A DNA stretch of 64,000 nucleotides from an uncultured Acidobacteriota bacterium. Its GTDB lineage: Bacteria; Acidobacteriota; Thermoanaerobaculia; Gp7-AA8. The DNA lies in the NCBI GenBank assembly GCA_963734155.1, contig CAVTGG010000017.1, positions 131,705-195,704 on the forward strand, in the 5' to 3' direction. Each line of letters opens with the position of its first letter. Position 1 is the stretch's first letter. Shown here one piece after another: positions 8,713-18,936 of this stretch. Under the pieces are notes generated by a model. The model saw nothing but the letters and a program-made list of their open reading frames with translations. It had not been told where the DNA came from and did not search any database. A program made the translations under genes and the position numbers.

Positions 8713-11043
8713 TTAGAGCTTCTCCACGACCTCGCCTAACACGTACGAGTCATACTCGCCGTCGCGATACGGGCCGAACGCCAAAGTCGGGTTCGCGGCC
8801 TTCGACGACAGGCGCTCGTACATCTCGCGCACTAGTTCCTTTTTCACCTCCAGCGCCTCGGGCGAGAGCTCGCCGCGGAGCGAGAAGAGACGCTGGAAAT
8901 CGCCGCGCGGAAGTTTCAGCGGGCGGCGGACGTCATCGGAGCGCGGGTCCCATTCTCCGATCAGCACTTCGTCCTCGAGATCGTTCGAGCTCGTCTTCAC
9001 GCAGATCACGATCTCGCTGCCGATCAGCCGCTCGCGCGTCGTCGTCGGATGCGGATCGAATGCGCGCGCCGGCTCTTCTTCGTTGTGCAGCTCCTGACGC
9101 AGCAGCATGAACAGCGATTCCGGCACCTCCAGCGGCGTCACTTCGTCCGCGTCGCCTGCCGCGAACGGGACCATTTCGCCGACTTCGATGCGATCGAGTC
9201 CCTTGAGCGAAACGCTGCCGAGGAGGCGGATGCCGAGCATTTCGACCTCGGAGACGCCCGGCGCGAAGGCGATGAACGTTCCGAACGAAGTCTTCACCCT
9301 GTAGAGTTGCTGCGCCTCCGACGACAGCTCGTTCGACAGCTCCTGCACGAACGGCGCGGAGGCGACGATGCCTTCGTTGACGAGGTGTCCGTTCGCATCG
9401 AGGTACGCGTAAAACTCGCGCGCCTGCTGCGTGTGATCGATGACGTCCGCGCCGCGCAGCGGTGCGAAGAACTGCTGCACCTTCGTCTGGTCGTAGCCGT
9501 GCTGGATGAGGAACGACGCGATCTCGTCGATCTCCTTGTTCGACTTTCCCGTCGTCAGGCGCGACAGCTCGACGATGCCGGGTCCGTAGAACTCGGTGAT
9601 CACTTCGTTCGCATCGGATGCGCTTCTCATCGGCAGCAGCCGGTAGTAGCCGTAATTGAGCGCGATGCGCAGCCCCTTGTTGAACGCGAATCCCTTGCGC
9701 TTCATCTCGGAGTAGTAGCGCTGGATCTCGATCGCCGCGCGCACGAGGCGTAACGCGCGGCGCGTGGTGTAGAACGCGCCGTCGCCGAGGAACTTCTCGA
9801 ATTGCAGGAGGTGCCGCTGCGCGATGCCGTCGAGCTTGCGCTGGAAGACGAGCATCTGCCGGTACGAGCGGATCTCTTCCTTCCCGCCGCCGCGGCGGAT
9901 CTGGCCGAGGGTCTCGGAGAAGGCGGAGATGTCGTAGATCATCCCGAAGCGATGGATCATCGGATCGACGACGCCCGGCCGTCCGAAATCCATCGGCCGC
10001 GTGGAGCGCGAGAACGACGTCGCACCGCGGCGATCGGCGGAGACGACCTCGCCATCGGGAAGCGTGTTCGTCCAGACGATGCCGCGGCGCAGCTGATTGA
10101 GCACCGCGAACTCGCGCACGCGTCGCGCGATCAATTGGAACTGCTCGCGCTCTTCACGCGTGACCGCGTTCTGTGCCGCGGGATGATCGAAGAGAAAGTT
10201 TTCGAATCGCGGATCGAGCAGCAGCGCGAGCGTGATTCCCTGCTCGGGATTCGAGCCGAAGAGCGGCAGCGCCGCGCGGAACACCCGCTCGCGTTGCACG
10301 AGATCGTTCGCCGTCGTGCGCAGTCGTTCGTAGGAATCGCGGAAGGCCTGGAAATCGCGGCGCAGATATCCGTTGAGAAACGAGCGCAGCTCGCGCAGAT
10401 CGGGTCCGATGAATTCCTCGGTGAGGATCAGGACGTCGTCCTGCAGCAGACGGAAGAACTGCAGGCCGCGCTGCTCTTCGCCTTCGAGCAGATTTCCCGC
10501 TTTCGCCGAAAGCTCGGTCATCTGCTGCCGCGTCTCGCTGACCCAGCGGCCGAAGATGCGGTACTTCAACGTGTCGCCGAGGGAGCGGCCCACTTGCGTG
10601 TCGGCGGCGCTCACGCGGCGAGGGAGTCCGCTGAAATGGCGCGCGAGATCGAATGAATGTGCGAGCCAGAAAATCGCGTGATAGTCGCTCAGCAGATTCG
10701 ACATCATCGCGTTCTCGGCGGCCTTCATCAGCGACCCGACGTAGATGTTGAACGCCATCGCCGCCTTGTCTTTCGCATCCGTGGCCCGCGTGACCTGGAA
10801 CGCCGTCTCCTCGGTGAGCCAGCGGTCGAGCTTCGACTCCAGGTCTTTCAGCAGCAGCGTCTCCGAGACCGGATAGCCGAACGACGGCTGCTGCGTCTCG
10901 TCCGCCGGATAGATGCGCAGCGGCTGCGGCAGCAGCATCTCCGGCTGCGCGAACAGCTCCCGCAGCCCGCGCTCGAGGTCCATCGGCAGCAGGAACGTCG
11001 CTGCGTCGGGGCGCTGTTGGAGATAGGTGACGAGGGATTTCAT
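8713..11043 (-). CDS. Large cytoplasmic protein with a central class-III nucleotidyl cyclase (CHD)-like domain (probably divergent or degenerate)
   Basis: GMIYDISAFSET (FxDIxGFT-like metal Asp), KFLGDGAFYTT (second Asp), and LRIALNYGYY...FYGPGIVELSRL in place of the IRIGIHTG...WGDTVNLASR motif, so the catalytic Asn is replaced by Glu. About 340 aa at the N-terminus and about 220 aa at the C-terminus have no recognisable domains. Confidence 0.7.
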   Translation of the reverse strand: MKSLVTYLQQRPDAATFLLPMDLERGLRELFAQPEMLLPQPLRIYPADETQQPSFGYPVSETLLLKDLESKLDRWLTEETAFQVTRATDAKDKAAMAFNIYVGSLMKAAENAMMSNLLSDYHAIFWLAHSFDLARHFSGLPRRVSAADTQVGRSLGDTLKYRIFGRWVSETRQQMTELSAKAGNLLEGEEQRGLQFFRLLQDDVLILTEEFIGPDLRELRSFLNGYLRRDFQAFRDSYERLRTTANDLVQRERVFRAALPLFGSNPEQGITLALLLDPRFENFLFDHPAAQNAVTREEREQFQLIARRVREFAVLNQLRRGIVWTNTLPDGEVVSADRRGATSFSRSTRPMDFGRPGVVDPMIHRFGMIYDISAFSETLGQIRRGGGKEEIRSYRQMLVFQRKLDGIAQRHLLQFEKFLGDGAFYTTRRALRLVRAAIEIQRYYSEMKRKGFAFNKGLRIALNYGYYRLLPMRSASDANEVITEFYGPGIVELSRLTTGKSNKEIDEIASFLIQHGYDQTKVQQFFAPLRGADVIDHTQQAREFYAYLDANGHLVNEGIVASAPFVQELSNELSSEAQQLYRVKTSFGTFIAFAPGVSEVEMLGIRLLGSVSLKGLDRIEVGEMVPFAAGDADEVTPLEVPESLFMLLRQELHNEEEPARAFDPHPTTTRERLIGSEIVICVKTSSNDLEDEVLIGEWDPRSDDVRRPLKLPRGDFQRLFSLRGELSPEALEVKKELVREMYERLSSKAANPTLAFGPYRDGEYDSYVLGEVVEKL

Positions 11044-11071
11044 CGCGGAGGAGGCGAGTATAAAGAATGAC

Positions 11072-11160
11072 GGCAGGAGAACGCAGAACGCAGAACGCAG
11101 AATGGAGAACGAAGAAATTTCTCAATTCTCCGTTCTGCGTTCTGCGCTCTGCGTTCTGTC
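11072..11160. repeat. Long GCAGAAC-heptamer palindrome in the divergent intergenic region
   Basis: gcaggagaacgcagaacgcagaacgcagaatggagaa ... ttctccgttctgcgttctgcgctctgcgttctg. The stem is about 35 bp. Confidence 0.7.
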
Positions 11161-11175
11161 TTAAACTCTCCCACG

Positions 11176-11898
11176 ATGCGTCCCGTTCCCCTCCCATCCG
11201 CCGCCTGTCCCCGCTGCAACGGCTCGGGATGGGTGCCGCTGCCGGGCGATTCGCTGCGCGTCGAGCCGTGCGGATGTCAGGGCGATTTGCGGCGGCAGCA
11301 GCGGATTGGCAGCGCGAGTATTCCGAAGCGCTACGCGCACTGCACACTCGACACGTTCCGAGAGAAATCGACCGTGCTGCGCAACGCGAAGCGGCGCGTG
11401 CAGGAGTTCGTCGACCTCTGGCCGAACACGCCCGAAGGAAAAGGGCTGCTGCTGATGGGCGGCTGCGGCGCGGGCAAGACGCACCTCGCCGTCGCCGCGC
11501 TGCTCGAGATCATTCACAACGGCAAGCCGGGGCGGATGCTGTTCTCGAACTTTCAGGACCTCATCCAGGAAATCCAGGCCTCGTTCGACTCCGATCAGGT
11601 GCCGAGCAAATCGGAGCTTCTGCGCCCGTTGCTCGAAGCCGACCTGCTCGTGCTCGACGAGCTCGGATCGCAGAAGCCGACGAACTTCGTGCAGGACGTC
11701 CTCTATTACGTGATCAACACGCGCTACAACTCGGAGTTGGCGACGATCTTCACCACGAACTACTACGACCGCACCGGCGAGGCGAAGGAAGAGACGCTCG
11801 AGCAGCGGATCGGCACGCGGCTGCGCAGCCGGCTCGCGGAGATGGCCGAGCGGCTCGAGTTCACCGGCGCGACGGACCATCGGCGGAACACGCTGTGA
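11176..11898 (+). CDS. DnaC/DnaI/IstB-family AAA+ ATPase with an N-terminal zinc ribbon (putative helicase-loader-like)
   Basis: CPRCNGSGW...CGC zinc ribbon. Walker A GGCGAGKTHLAVA. Walker B LLVLDELG. Confidence 0.8.
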   Translation: MRPVPLPSAACPRCNGSGWVPLPGDSLRVEPCGCQGDLRRQQRIGSASIPKRYAHCTLDTFREKSTVLRNAKRRVQEFVDLWPNTPEGKGLLLMGGCGAGKTHLAVAALLEIIHNGKPGRMLFSNFQDLIQEIQASFDSDQVPSKSELLRPLLEADLLVLDELGSQKPTNFVQDVLYYVINTRYNSELATIFTTNYYDRTGEAKEETLEQRIGTRLRSRLAEMAERLEFTGATDHRRNTL

Positions 11899-12842
11899 AA
11901 CGCGGCATCTTCGACACGCTGCGCCGCGGGGCCGAGAACACGATCGCGAACTGGCCGCTGTCGGCCATCCGCCTCGCCGAGATGTTCGTGTTCGTCATCG
12001 CCACGATCGTCGCGGTCTTCGCGATGCTCGTGCCGATCCTGGTCTCGATCGGCATCCGCCTCGCCGAGCTCTCGACGCCGGATCGGGTCGAGTCGGCGAT
12101 CACGACGTTGCTCGAGAAATGGACGCTCTTTCTCTGGTTCGGCATCGGCCTCACCGTGATGATGTTCGTGTTCGTGCTCGTGCACGCGTACGTCGAAGCA
12201 GGCTGCGCGCGCGTGCTCGTCGATGCCGATCGCGCCGCGGGGCCGGTGGTCGTCGGACCGCGGCAGCGCTATCGCATCTTCACGATGGATCGCTGGCTCG
12301 CCGGCGCGAAGGAAGGCGGCTGGCGCGTCTTCTGGATTTACAACGGCGCCTGGGCGCTGGCCGCATTGCTTCTTCTGATTCCGCTGATTCCCGTTGCGGT
12401 GCTGATGTTCGTGTTCCAGGAGAACCCTGCCGTCGCCGCGGGCGTCGGCTGTCTTGGATTGTTGATCTTCATGCTGTTCGCGATGGTCGTCGGGATCACC
12501 ACTGGGATGTGGACGAACCGCGCGATCGCCGACTGGGCCGCGCATCGCAGCAGCGCGCGCACGGCCCTCGCCACCGGCTGGCGCGCGGTGAAGACCGACT
12601 TCGGCCGGCACATCCTCATCGCGCTCGCGGTGATCGTCATCGCCATGGCGGCGTCGTCGATCGCGAGCAGCCTTTCGATGATGGGAGGGTTCGGCAGTTC
12701 CTTCCGACACGATGCGAGCTTCAGCTTCGTCATGATTCCGCTGCAGTTGATCGGCTCGCTGCTCAGCTTCGCGATCTCCGCGTTCATCGGCAATTGGTAT
12801 CTCGCGTCGTATGCGGCGCTGGCGGTGGAGAGCAAGCCCTGA
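11895..12842 (+). CDS. Hypothetical polytopic membrane protein, translationally coupled (GTGA) to the DnaC-like ATPase
   Basis: GTG start overlaps the upstream stop. About 6 hydrophobic helices and no recognisable domain. Confidence 0.65.
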   Translation: MKRGIFDTLRRGAENTIANWPLSAIRLAEMFVFVIATIVAVFAMLVPILVSIGIRLAELSTPDRVESAITTLLEKWTLFLWFGIGLTVMMFVFVLVHAYVEAGCARVLVDADRAAGPVVVGPRQRYRIFTMDRWLAGAKEGGWRVFWIYNGAWALAALLLLIPLIPVAVLMFVFQENPAVAAGVGCLGLLIFMLFAMVVGITTGMWTNRAIADWAAHRSSARTALATGWRAVKTDFGRHILIALAVIVIAMAASSIASSLSMMGGFGSSFRHDASFSFVMIPLQLIGSLLSFAISAFIGNWYLASYAALAVESKP

Positions 12843-14132
12843 GCGCCTACGGCGCCTTCTTCTCCCGCGACGCGCGCGCGTTCCGCCCGTCCGCCATCCG
12901 CGCATTCGCAAAGCTGATCAACGACCCGGGCGTGATCTCGTTCGCCGGCGGCTCGCCGAACCCCGAGACATTTCCCGCCGAGCGGATCGCCGCAATCGCG
13001 GAGCAGGTCGTGCGCGAGCGTCGCACGGTGGCGCTGCAGTACGGACCGACGCGCGGCTTGCCGCGGCTCTGTTCGTTCATCGCGGATTTGTGCAACGCGC
13101 GGTTCGGCGGCGAGACGCCGCCGGGCCAGCCGGCGGGGACGCCGGCGTTCCGAAGCAACGCCGGCGCAACGCCTCGGAACGCCGGCGTCTCGCCGGCTGG
13201 TCAGGCGGCGTCTCGCCGCCTCACTCCGGATGACGTGCTGACGACGACCGGCTCGCAGCAGGCGCTCGATCTCATCGCCCACACGCTGCTCGATCCCGGC
13301 GACGTCGTCGCCGTGGAGTTGCCGACGTACATCGGCGGCTCGTCGTCGTTCTTCGCGCGCAGCGCGGAGCTCGTCGGCGTGCAGCAGGACGACGAAGGAA
13401 TCGTCCCCGAGTCGCTGCGCGAAGTCGCGTCGCAAGCATCGCGTGAAGCTGCTCTACACGATCCCGAATTTTCAGAACCCGTCGGGACGCCTGATGACGC
13501 AGGCGCGCCGCGACGAAGTGCTCGCGATCGCCGAGGAGCGCGACTTTCTGATCATCGAAGACGACCCGTACGGCGAGCTGGTGTACGTCGACGGCGCCGA
13601 CACCACTCCGATGAAATCGCGCGATGTGCATGAGCGCGTTTTGTATCTCGGCTCCTTTTCCAAAGTGCTCGCGCCCGGCCTGCGCTGCGGCTGGATCGTC
13701 GCGGCGAAGCCGCTCCTCGAGCGGCTGGAGATCGCGAAGCAGGCCGCCGATCTCTGCTCCGGCATGCTCGATCAGTCGATCGTCGACGAGTTCTGCAGCA
13801 GCGGCGAGCTCGCGCCGCAGATCGAGCGCGTCCGCGCGTTCTATCGCGGCAAGCGCGGCACGCTCATCGACGCGCTGCAGCAGCACTTCGCCGGCCGCGC
13901 CGAATGGACATCCGCCGATGGCGGCCTCTTCACCTTCGTCACGCTGCACGACGACATCGACACCGCGGCGCGCGTGCCAGATGCGGTCGCGCGCGGCGTC
14001 GCGTACATTCCGGGCGGGCCGTTCTTCGTCGATGGAAGCGGGCGCAACACGATGCGGCTCACGTTTGCGAAGGAATCTGACGAACGGATGCGAGAAGGCG
14101 TGGCGCGGTTGGCGGGCGTGTTCTATTCTTAG
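12839..14132 (+). CDS. PLP-dependent aminotransferase class I/II (2-aminoadipate/aromatic aminotransferase-like). It carries an in-frame palindromic element insertion and an apparent frameshift near 13431-13440
   Basis: N-terminal FFSRDARAFRPSAIRAF...GGSPNPETFP, then TGSQQALDL, KLLYTIPNFQNPSG and SFSKVLAPGLRCGWI. The N-terminal half is in frame 2 and the C-terminal half in frame 0. No canonical start codon was found near 12839. Confidence 0.7.
13108..13220. mobile_element. Palindromic MITE/RPE-like element (family 1), inserted in-frame into the aminotransferase CDS
   Basis: Near-perfect palindrome cggaacgccggcgtctcgccggctggtcaggcggcgtctcgcc with its inverse. It adds about 36 aa (ETPPGQPAGTPAFRSNAGATPRNAGVSPAGQAASRR) between the conserved ARFGG and LTPDDVLTTTGSQQAL. 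A second copy lies at 20026-20125. Confidence 0.75.
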
Positions 14133-14156
14133 GCAACTTCTCTCGGAGGTCCCCAT

Positions 14157-14759
14157 TTGGATGCTCATCGCGGTGGCTGGATTGAAATCATTGCCGGAGG
14201 CATGTTCTCCGGAAAATCGGAAGAGTTGATCCGGCGGCTGCGCCGGGCCGTGATCGCGCGGCAGCGGGTGCAGGTGTTCAAGCCGATCCTCGACGATCGC
14301 TTTTCGACGGACGAGGTGGTGTCGCGCGACGAGCGGCGCCTGAAGGCGATTCCCGTGGCCACGAGCACGGAGCTGCTCGCGCGCGTCGAGATCGGCGTGC
14401 AGGTCGTCGGCATCGATGAAGTGCAGTTCTTCGACGCGGGCGTGGTCGAAGTCTGCATGCAGCTCTCCGACGCCGGCATTCGCGTGATCGCGGCAGGGCT
14501 CGATCAGGATTACATGCGCCGCCCGTTCGGGCCGATGCCGGCGCTGCTGGCGGTGGCGGAGGAAGTGAGCAAGATGCACGCGGTGTGCGTGCGCTGCCGC
14601 GGCGCGGCGCACTACTCGCAGCGCGTGTCGGGCGGGAACTCGCAGGTGGAAGTGGGTGACTCGTCGTACGAAGCGCGCTGCCGCGGATGCTTCGAGGCCT
14701 ATCACGCCGCGCCGGAGGAAGCGCCGGCCGTGCAGCTGACGATTCCGCAGCCGGCGTGA
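14157..14759 (+). CDS. tdk: Thymidine kinase
   Basis: GGMFSGKSEELIRR P-loop, FKP..D.R motif and a C-terminal Cys zinc ribbon CVRCRG...CRGC. Confidence 0.85.
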   Translation: MDAHRGGWIEIIAGGMFSGKSEELIRRLRRAVIARQRVQVFKPILDDRFSTDEVVSRDERRLKAIPVATSTELLARVEIGVQVVGIDEVQFFDAGVVEVCMQLSDAGIRVIAAGLDQDYMRRPFGPMPALLAVAEEVSKMHAVCVRCRGAAHYSQRVSGGNSQVEVGDSSYEARCRGCFEAYHAAPEEAPAVQLTIPQPA

Positions 14760-14764
14760 AAGTA

Positions 14765-14842
14765 GCGGTTGCGCGGTTACGCGGTTACGCGGTTGCGCAG
14801 CGGGTTCTGCCGCGCGACCGCGCAACCGCGCAACGCGCAACC
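14765..14842. repeat. Heptamer-unit palindrome (GCGGTTA/GCGGTTG units)
   Basis: gcggttgcgcggttacgcggttacgcggttgcgc ... gcgcaaccgcgcaacgcgcaacc. Confidence 0.7.
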
Positions 14843-16224
14843 TGCTCGCCGCGCTTCTCGTTCTCCTCGCGCTCACCATCCGCTGCCGCGAGGCCGGCGG
14901 CGCCGCGCAGGATCCGCTCGACAAGGAAGCGGAAGAAGCGTTCGTCGCGTATCTGCGGATCGACACGTCGAATCCGCCGGGAAACGAGACGAACGGCGCG
15001 ACATATCCTGCGCGATCTGTTCGTGAAGAACGGCATCGCCGCGCAGCTCGTCGGCGATGATCCGAAGCGGCAGGGCGTGTACGCGCGGCTCGTGTCGGGC
15101 TCGAAAGAACCGGCGCTCCTGCTGCTCAGTCACATCGACGTCGTGCCGGCCGATCCGAGCGTCTGGACGCAGCCGCCGTTCAGCGGCGCGCGCTCGGGCG
15201 GCTACATCTGGGGACGCGGTGCGCTCGATACGAAATGCCTCACGATCGGCGAGCTGATGGCGATGCTCGAGTTGAAGCGCCGCAACGCATCGCTGCGGCG
15301 CGACATCGTCTTTCTCGCGACGCCGGATGAAGAGCTCGCGGGCATCAACGGAACGAAGAAGCTGCTCGACCAGCATCCGCAGCTGTTCGAGAACGTCGGC
15401 TTCGTGCTGAACGAAGGCGGCACGAACGAGACCGCGGTCGACAAGGTGCTGTTCTGGGGCATCGAGGTGCAGCAGAAAGTGCCGCTGTGGGTGCGCATCA
15501 CGACCGAAGGGAACCGGCGGGCATGGCGCGATCCCGCCGGATGATGGCGGCGCGACGGCGAAGCTCGTGCGCGCGCTCGATGCCGTGCGCGCGATCGAGA
15601 CGCCGTACCGCCTCGAAGCGAGCGTCGCCCGCGCCGCGGCGGCGGGGGCGGCGGTGCGCACCGACGCGCGCCGCGAACGGCTGCGCCTCTTCCGCGAGCC
15701 GCTCGACGTCGAGCGCATCCAGCGCGACGTCCCCGCCGGAAGCCGCTCGCTGCTGCACGACACGATCGCCATCACGCACATCGCCGCCGGCTCGTCGGTG
15801 AACATGATTCCCTCGCGCGCGATCGGCGACGTCGACATCCGCCTGTTTGCCCGATACGAAACCCGAGGCCATGCTCGCGCGCGTCCGCGAAGCGGTGGGA
15901 AAGAACGGCACGATCGAAGTGCTCGCCGCCGGCGAGCCGGTCGCCGAAAGCTCCGCGAAGACCGAGCTCTTCGACGTGATCGCGCACGCGATGCGCGCGC
16001 ACGCTCCCGGCTCCGCCGTCGCTCCCGTCGTCGGTCCCGGCACCACCGACAGCCGTTACTTTCGCGCGAGAGGAATCACCGCGTACGGGATCATGCCGTT
16101 CAAGGTGAACTACTACGACGCCGACAGCGTGCATGGAGTCGACGAGCGGATCCGCACGCGTTTCTTCGCCGAGGGAGTGCGTCTCACGCGGAACATCGTG
16201 CGCGATTTTTGCGAAGCGAAATGA
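14839..16224 (+). CDS. M20/M25/M40 family metallopeptidase, secreted, with three apparent frameshifts (near 14990, 15508 and 15845)
   Basis: Signal-like NLLAALLVLLALT, IDTSNPPGNE, LLSHIDVVPA, GRGALDTKC and GGHGAIPP, with a C-terminus ...GIMPFKVNYYDADSVHGVDERI. The domains are spread over three frames. No ATG was found at the 5' end. Confidence 0.6.
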
Positions 16225-16366
16225 CGCGCGTCACACTCTTCGCGGTTCAAATTTTTTTCTTTGTCAAGCGTCGTAGATAGAGAAAAATTTTTCTTCCTGT
16301 CCGTCGAATTTTGAGTAGTAGAATCGCGCTCTCGCTCCAACACACTACCGCTTCGAGGTTGAATAC

Positions 16367-16669
16367 ATGGTTAGTATTGACGATCGTCTGAATGCCATCA
16401 TTCGTGAGCTGATCGGGAACGGAATCACACTGGCACAGGCGGTCGAGGCCTTCGAAGGAAAGTACATCGTCGCTGCCATGACGGCGAGTAAAGGCAACGT
16501 CACCCAGGCCTCGCGCAAGCTCGGCGTGCACCGCAACACGCTGCACAACAAGCTCCGCACGCAGACGATGCTCAACGGATTCGCCGAGTCGGTGCGTCCG
16601 GTCCGCCGCCGCGTTTCGCACAAGCGCGTCTCCGCGCCGAAGTCGAGCCGTCCCGTCCGCCGGTCGTGA
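16367..16669 (+). CDS. Small Fis-family HTH DNA-binding protein
   Basis: C-terminal NVTQASRKLGVHRNTLHNKLR HTH_8 motif. An AT-rich promoter-like region lies upstream. The stop overlaps the rnr GTG start (GTGA). Confidence 0.65.
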   Translation: MVSIDDRLNAIIRELIGNGITLAQAVEAFEGKYIVAAMTASKGNVTQASRKLGVHRNTLHNKLRTQTMLNGFAESVRPVRRRVSHKRVSAPKSSRPVRRS

Positions 16670-18899
16670 CCCCGTCGCTCGCTGTTCCGCAACGCCCCGA
16701 GCTTCACCAGGCCCTCATCGAGCTCCTCCGCCAGCGCGGGAATCGCGTTCTCGCCGTGAAGGAGATTCACGAGCGGCTCGCGGACCACGACGTCACGCGT
16801 GAAGAAGTCGCCACCGCGGCCGAAGAGTTGGAGAACGACGGCGTCATCATCGCCGTGCGCGGCAAGCGCTACTCGCTGCTCGAGTTCACGCCGTACGTCA
16901 CGGGGCGCATTCGTGTGCATCCGGACGGGCACGGCACGTTGCCCGGGCCACCGCCCGCGGGCAGCGGGCAGCGGGCAGCGGGCGGCGATGAAGGCATTTA
17001 TGTCGATCGGCGCGCGATGAAAGGCGCGATGAACGGCGACCTCGTCGTCGTCCGCATCGACAAGCGCCGTCCCGAATACAAGAAGGTGCGCGACCGCCGC
17101 TACATCGCCGGCGAGGTCTCGCAGGTGCTGCGCCGCGCGAACCGCACCGTCGTCGGGCGCTTTCACAAAGAGCCCGAGCCGTTCGTCGTGCCGTTCGACG
17201 TCCGCCTCGACACCGACATCCTCATCGAGCACGGCGCGACGCTCGAGGCGCGCGACGGCGAGATGGTGAACGTCGAGCTCGATCGCTATCCCGATCGCTC
17301 CACGCATTTCGCGAGCGGCCGCGTCGTCGAGACGCTCGGCTTCATCGGCGAGCCCGGCGTCGACATCGAAGTCGTCATCCGCAAGCATCACATCGCGCAC
17401 AATTTTCCCGACGAGGTTCTCGCCGCGGCGGACGCGATCCCGCTCGAAGTTCCCGAGGACGAGATCGCGAAGCGCGTCGATCTCCGCGACCGCAACATCG
17501 TCACGATCGACGGCGAGACGGCGAAGGATTTCGACGACGCCGTCGAAGTGCAGAATCTTCCGAACGGCAACCTGCTTCTCGGCGTGCACATCGCCGACGT
17601 CTCGCATTACGTCACCGAGGGCAGCGCGCTCGATCGCGAAGCCTTCGAGCGCGGCACGTCGGTCTATTTTCCCGGCCGCGCGATCGCGATGCTGCCGGAG
17701 CGCCTCTCGAACGTCATCTGCTCGCTGAACCCGCAGATCGAGCGGCTCACGTTCTCGTGCGAGATCGAGATCGACCGCCGCGGGCGCTTCGTCCATCACA
17801 AGATCTACAAGTCGGTGATCAAGACCAAAGAGCGGATGACGTACACGAACGTCAACGCGATCCTCACCGAGCATCACACCGGAACTGCAGCGAGCGCTAC
17901 GGCTACCTGCTTCCCGATTTCCAGCGGATGCTCGAGCTGTACGAGATTCTCCGCGCGCGCCGCGATCAGCGCGGCTCGATCGACTTCGACCTACCCGAGG
18001 CCGAAGTGATGCTCGACAAGGCCGGCGACATCGAGGCCATCCGTCCCTCGGAGCGCAACGTCGCGCATCGCATCATCGAAGAGTTCATGCTTTCCGCGAA
18101 CGAAGTCGTCGCGCGCGAGCTCGTGTTCGCGGCGCAGCCGGGCCTCTATCGCGTGCACCAGCAGCCCGATCCGCAGAAGCTCGCCGATCTGAAAGAGATC
18201 CTCAAGGAATTCAAGCTCACGCTGCGCGGCGATCTCGAAGACATCCGCCCCGCGGAGCTGCAGCGCGTGTTGAAGTCCGTCGCCGGAACGCCGGAGGATC
18301 GCTTCCTCACGAACATCGTCCTCCGCTCGATGAAGCGCGCGTTCTATTCGGAAGAGAACACCGGACACTTCGCGCTCGGGCTCGAGCACTACTGCCACTT
18401 CACGTCGCCGATTCGCCGCTATCCCGATCTGATCGTGCACCGAAGATTGTTGGAGCTGATCTCGACCGGCGCGTTGTACGGCGAGCGGCGCGATGACATC
18501 GAGCGCGCGCATCCGCTGTACGCGCAGCAGTCGAGCGATCGCGAGCGCCGCGCCGAGGAGGCGGAGCGCGAGGTGCTGGAGTGGAAGAAAGTCATCTTCA
18601 TGCGCGACAAAGTCGGCAACGAATACAGCGGCATCGTCACCGGCGTCGCGCCGTTCGGCCTCTTCGTCGAGCTGGATGAAATCTTCGTGCAGGGCATGGT
18701 GCCGGTGGCGACGATCGGCGGCGATTTCTGGCGCTATCACGACCGTTCGCATCGGATGATCGGCGAGTCGTCTTCGCGCGAGCTGCGCCTCGGCGATCAC
18801 GTGAAGGTGCGCGTGGAGTCGATCGATGAGGACCGGCATCAGCTCGAGTTCCGACTGCTGGAAGTCGGCGGCGCGGCGATCAAAGAGCGCGAACGCTAA
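16666..18899 (+). CDS. rnr: Ribonuclease R, with two single-base insertions near 17878 and 17889 that split the ORF
   Basis: RNB domain motifs FTIDGETAKDFDDAV and GHFALGLEHYCHFTSPIRRYPDLIVHR, and a C-terminal S1 domain. Removing one base at each of two positions yields the consensus ILTEHHPELRERYGYLLPDF. Confidence 0.85.
16945..16990. repeat. GGGCAGC heptamer repeat inside the rnr coding region (in-frame low-complexity insert GSGQRAAGG)
   Basis: ccaccgcccgc gggcagc gggcagc gggcagc gggcggcg. Confidence 0.55.
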
Positions 18900-18936
18900 G
18901 CAGGCCCTTCATTTGCAGTCTGTTAACCTTCGACTT

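Noticed and set aside
8713-11043. Pycsar- or CBASS-type cyclic-nucleotide defence cyclase
   Set aside because: The protein is far larger than PycC or CD-NTases and its catalytic Asn is substituted. The neighbouring membrane protein lacks a cNMP-binding effector domain. It is kept as an unexplained CHD-like protein instead.
1925-11160. Possible CRISPR array suggested by the repeated GCAGAAC units
   Set aside because: The repeats are 7-nt tandem units arranged as inverted repeats. There are no 25-40 nt direct repeats with unique spacers, and no cas genes nearby.
12119-12846. N-terminal 240 codons of the 12119..13633 ORF as part of the aminotransferase
   Set aside because: That stretch is an R-rich alternate frame of the membrane protein gene 11895..12842. 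Aminotransferase homology starts only after 12842.
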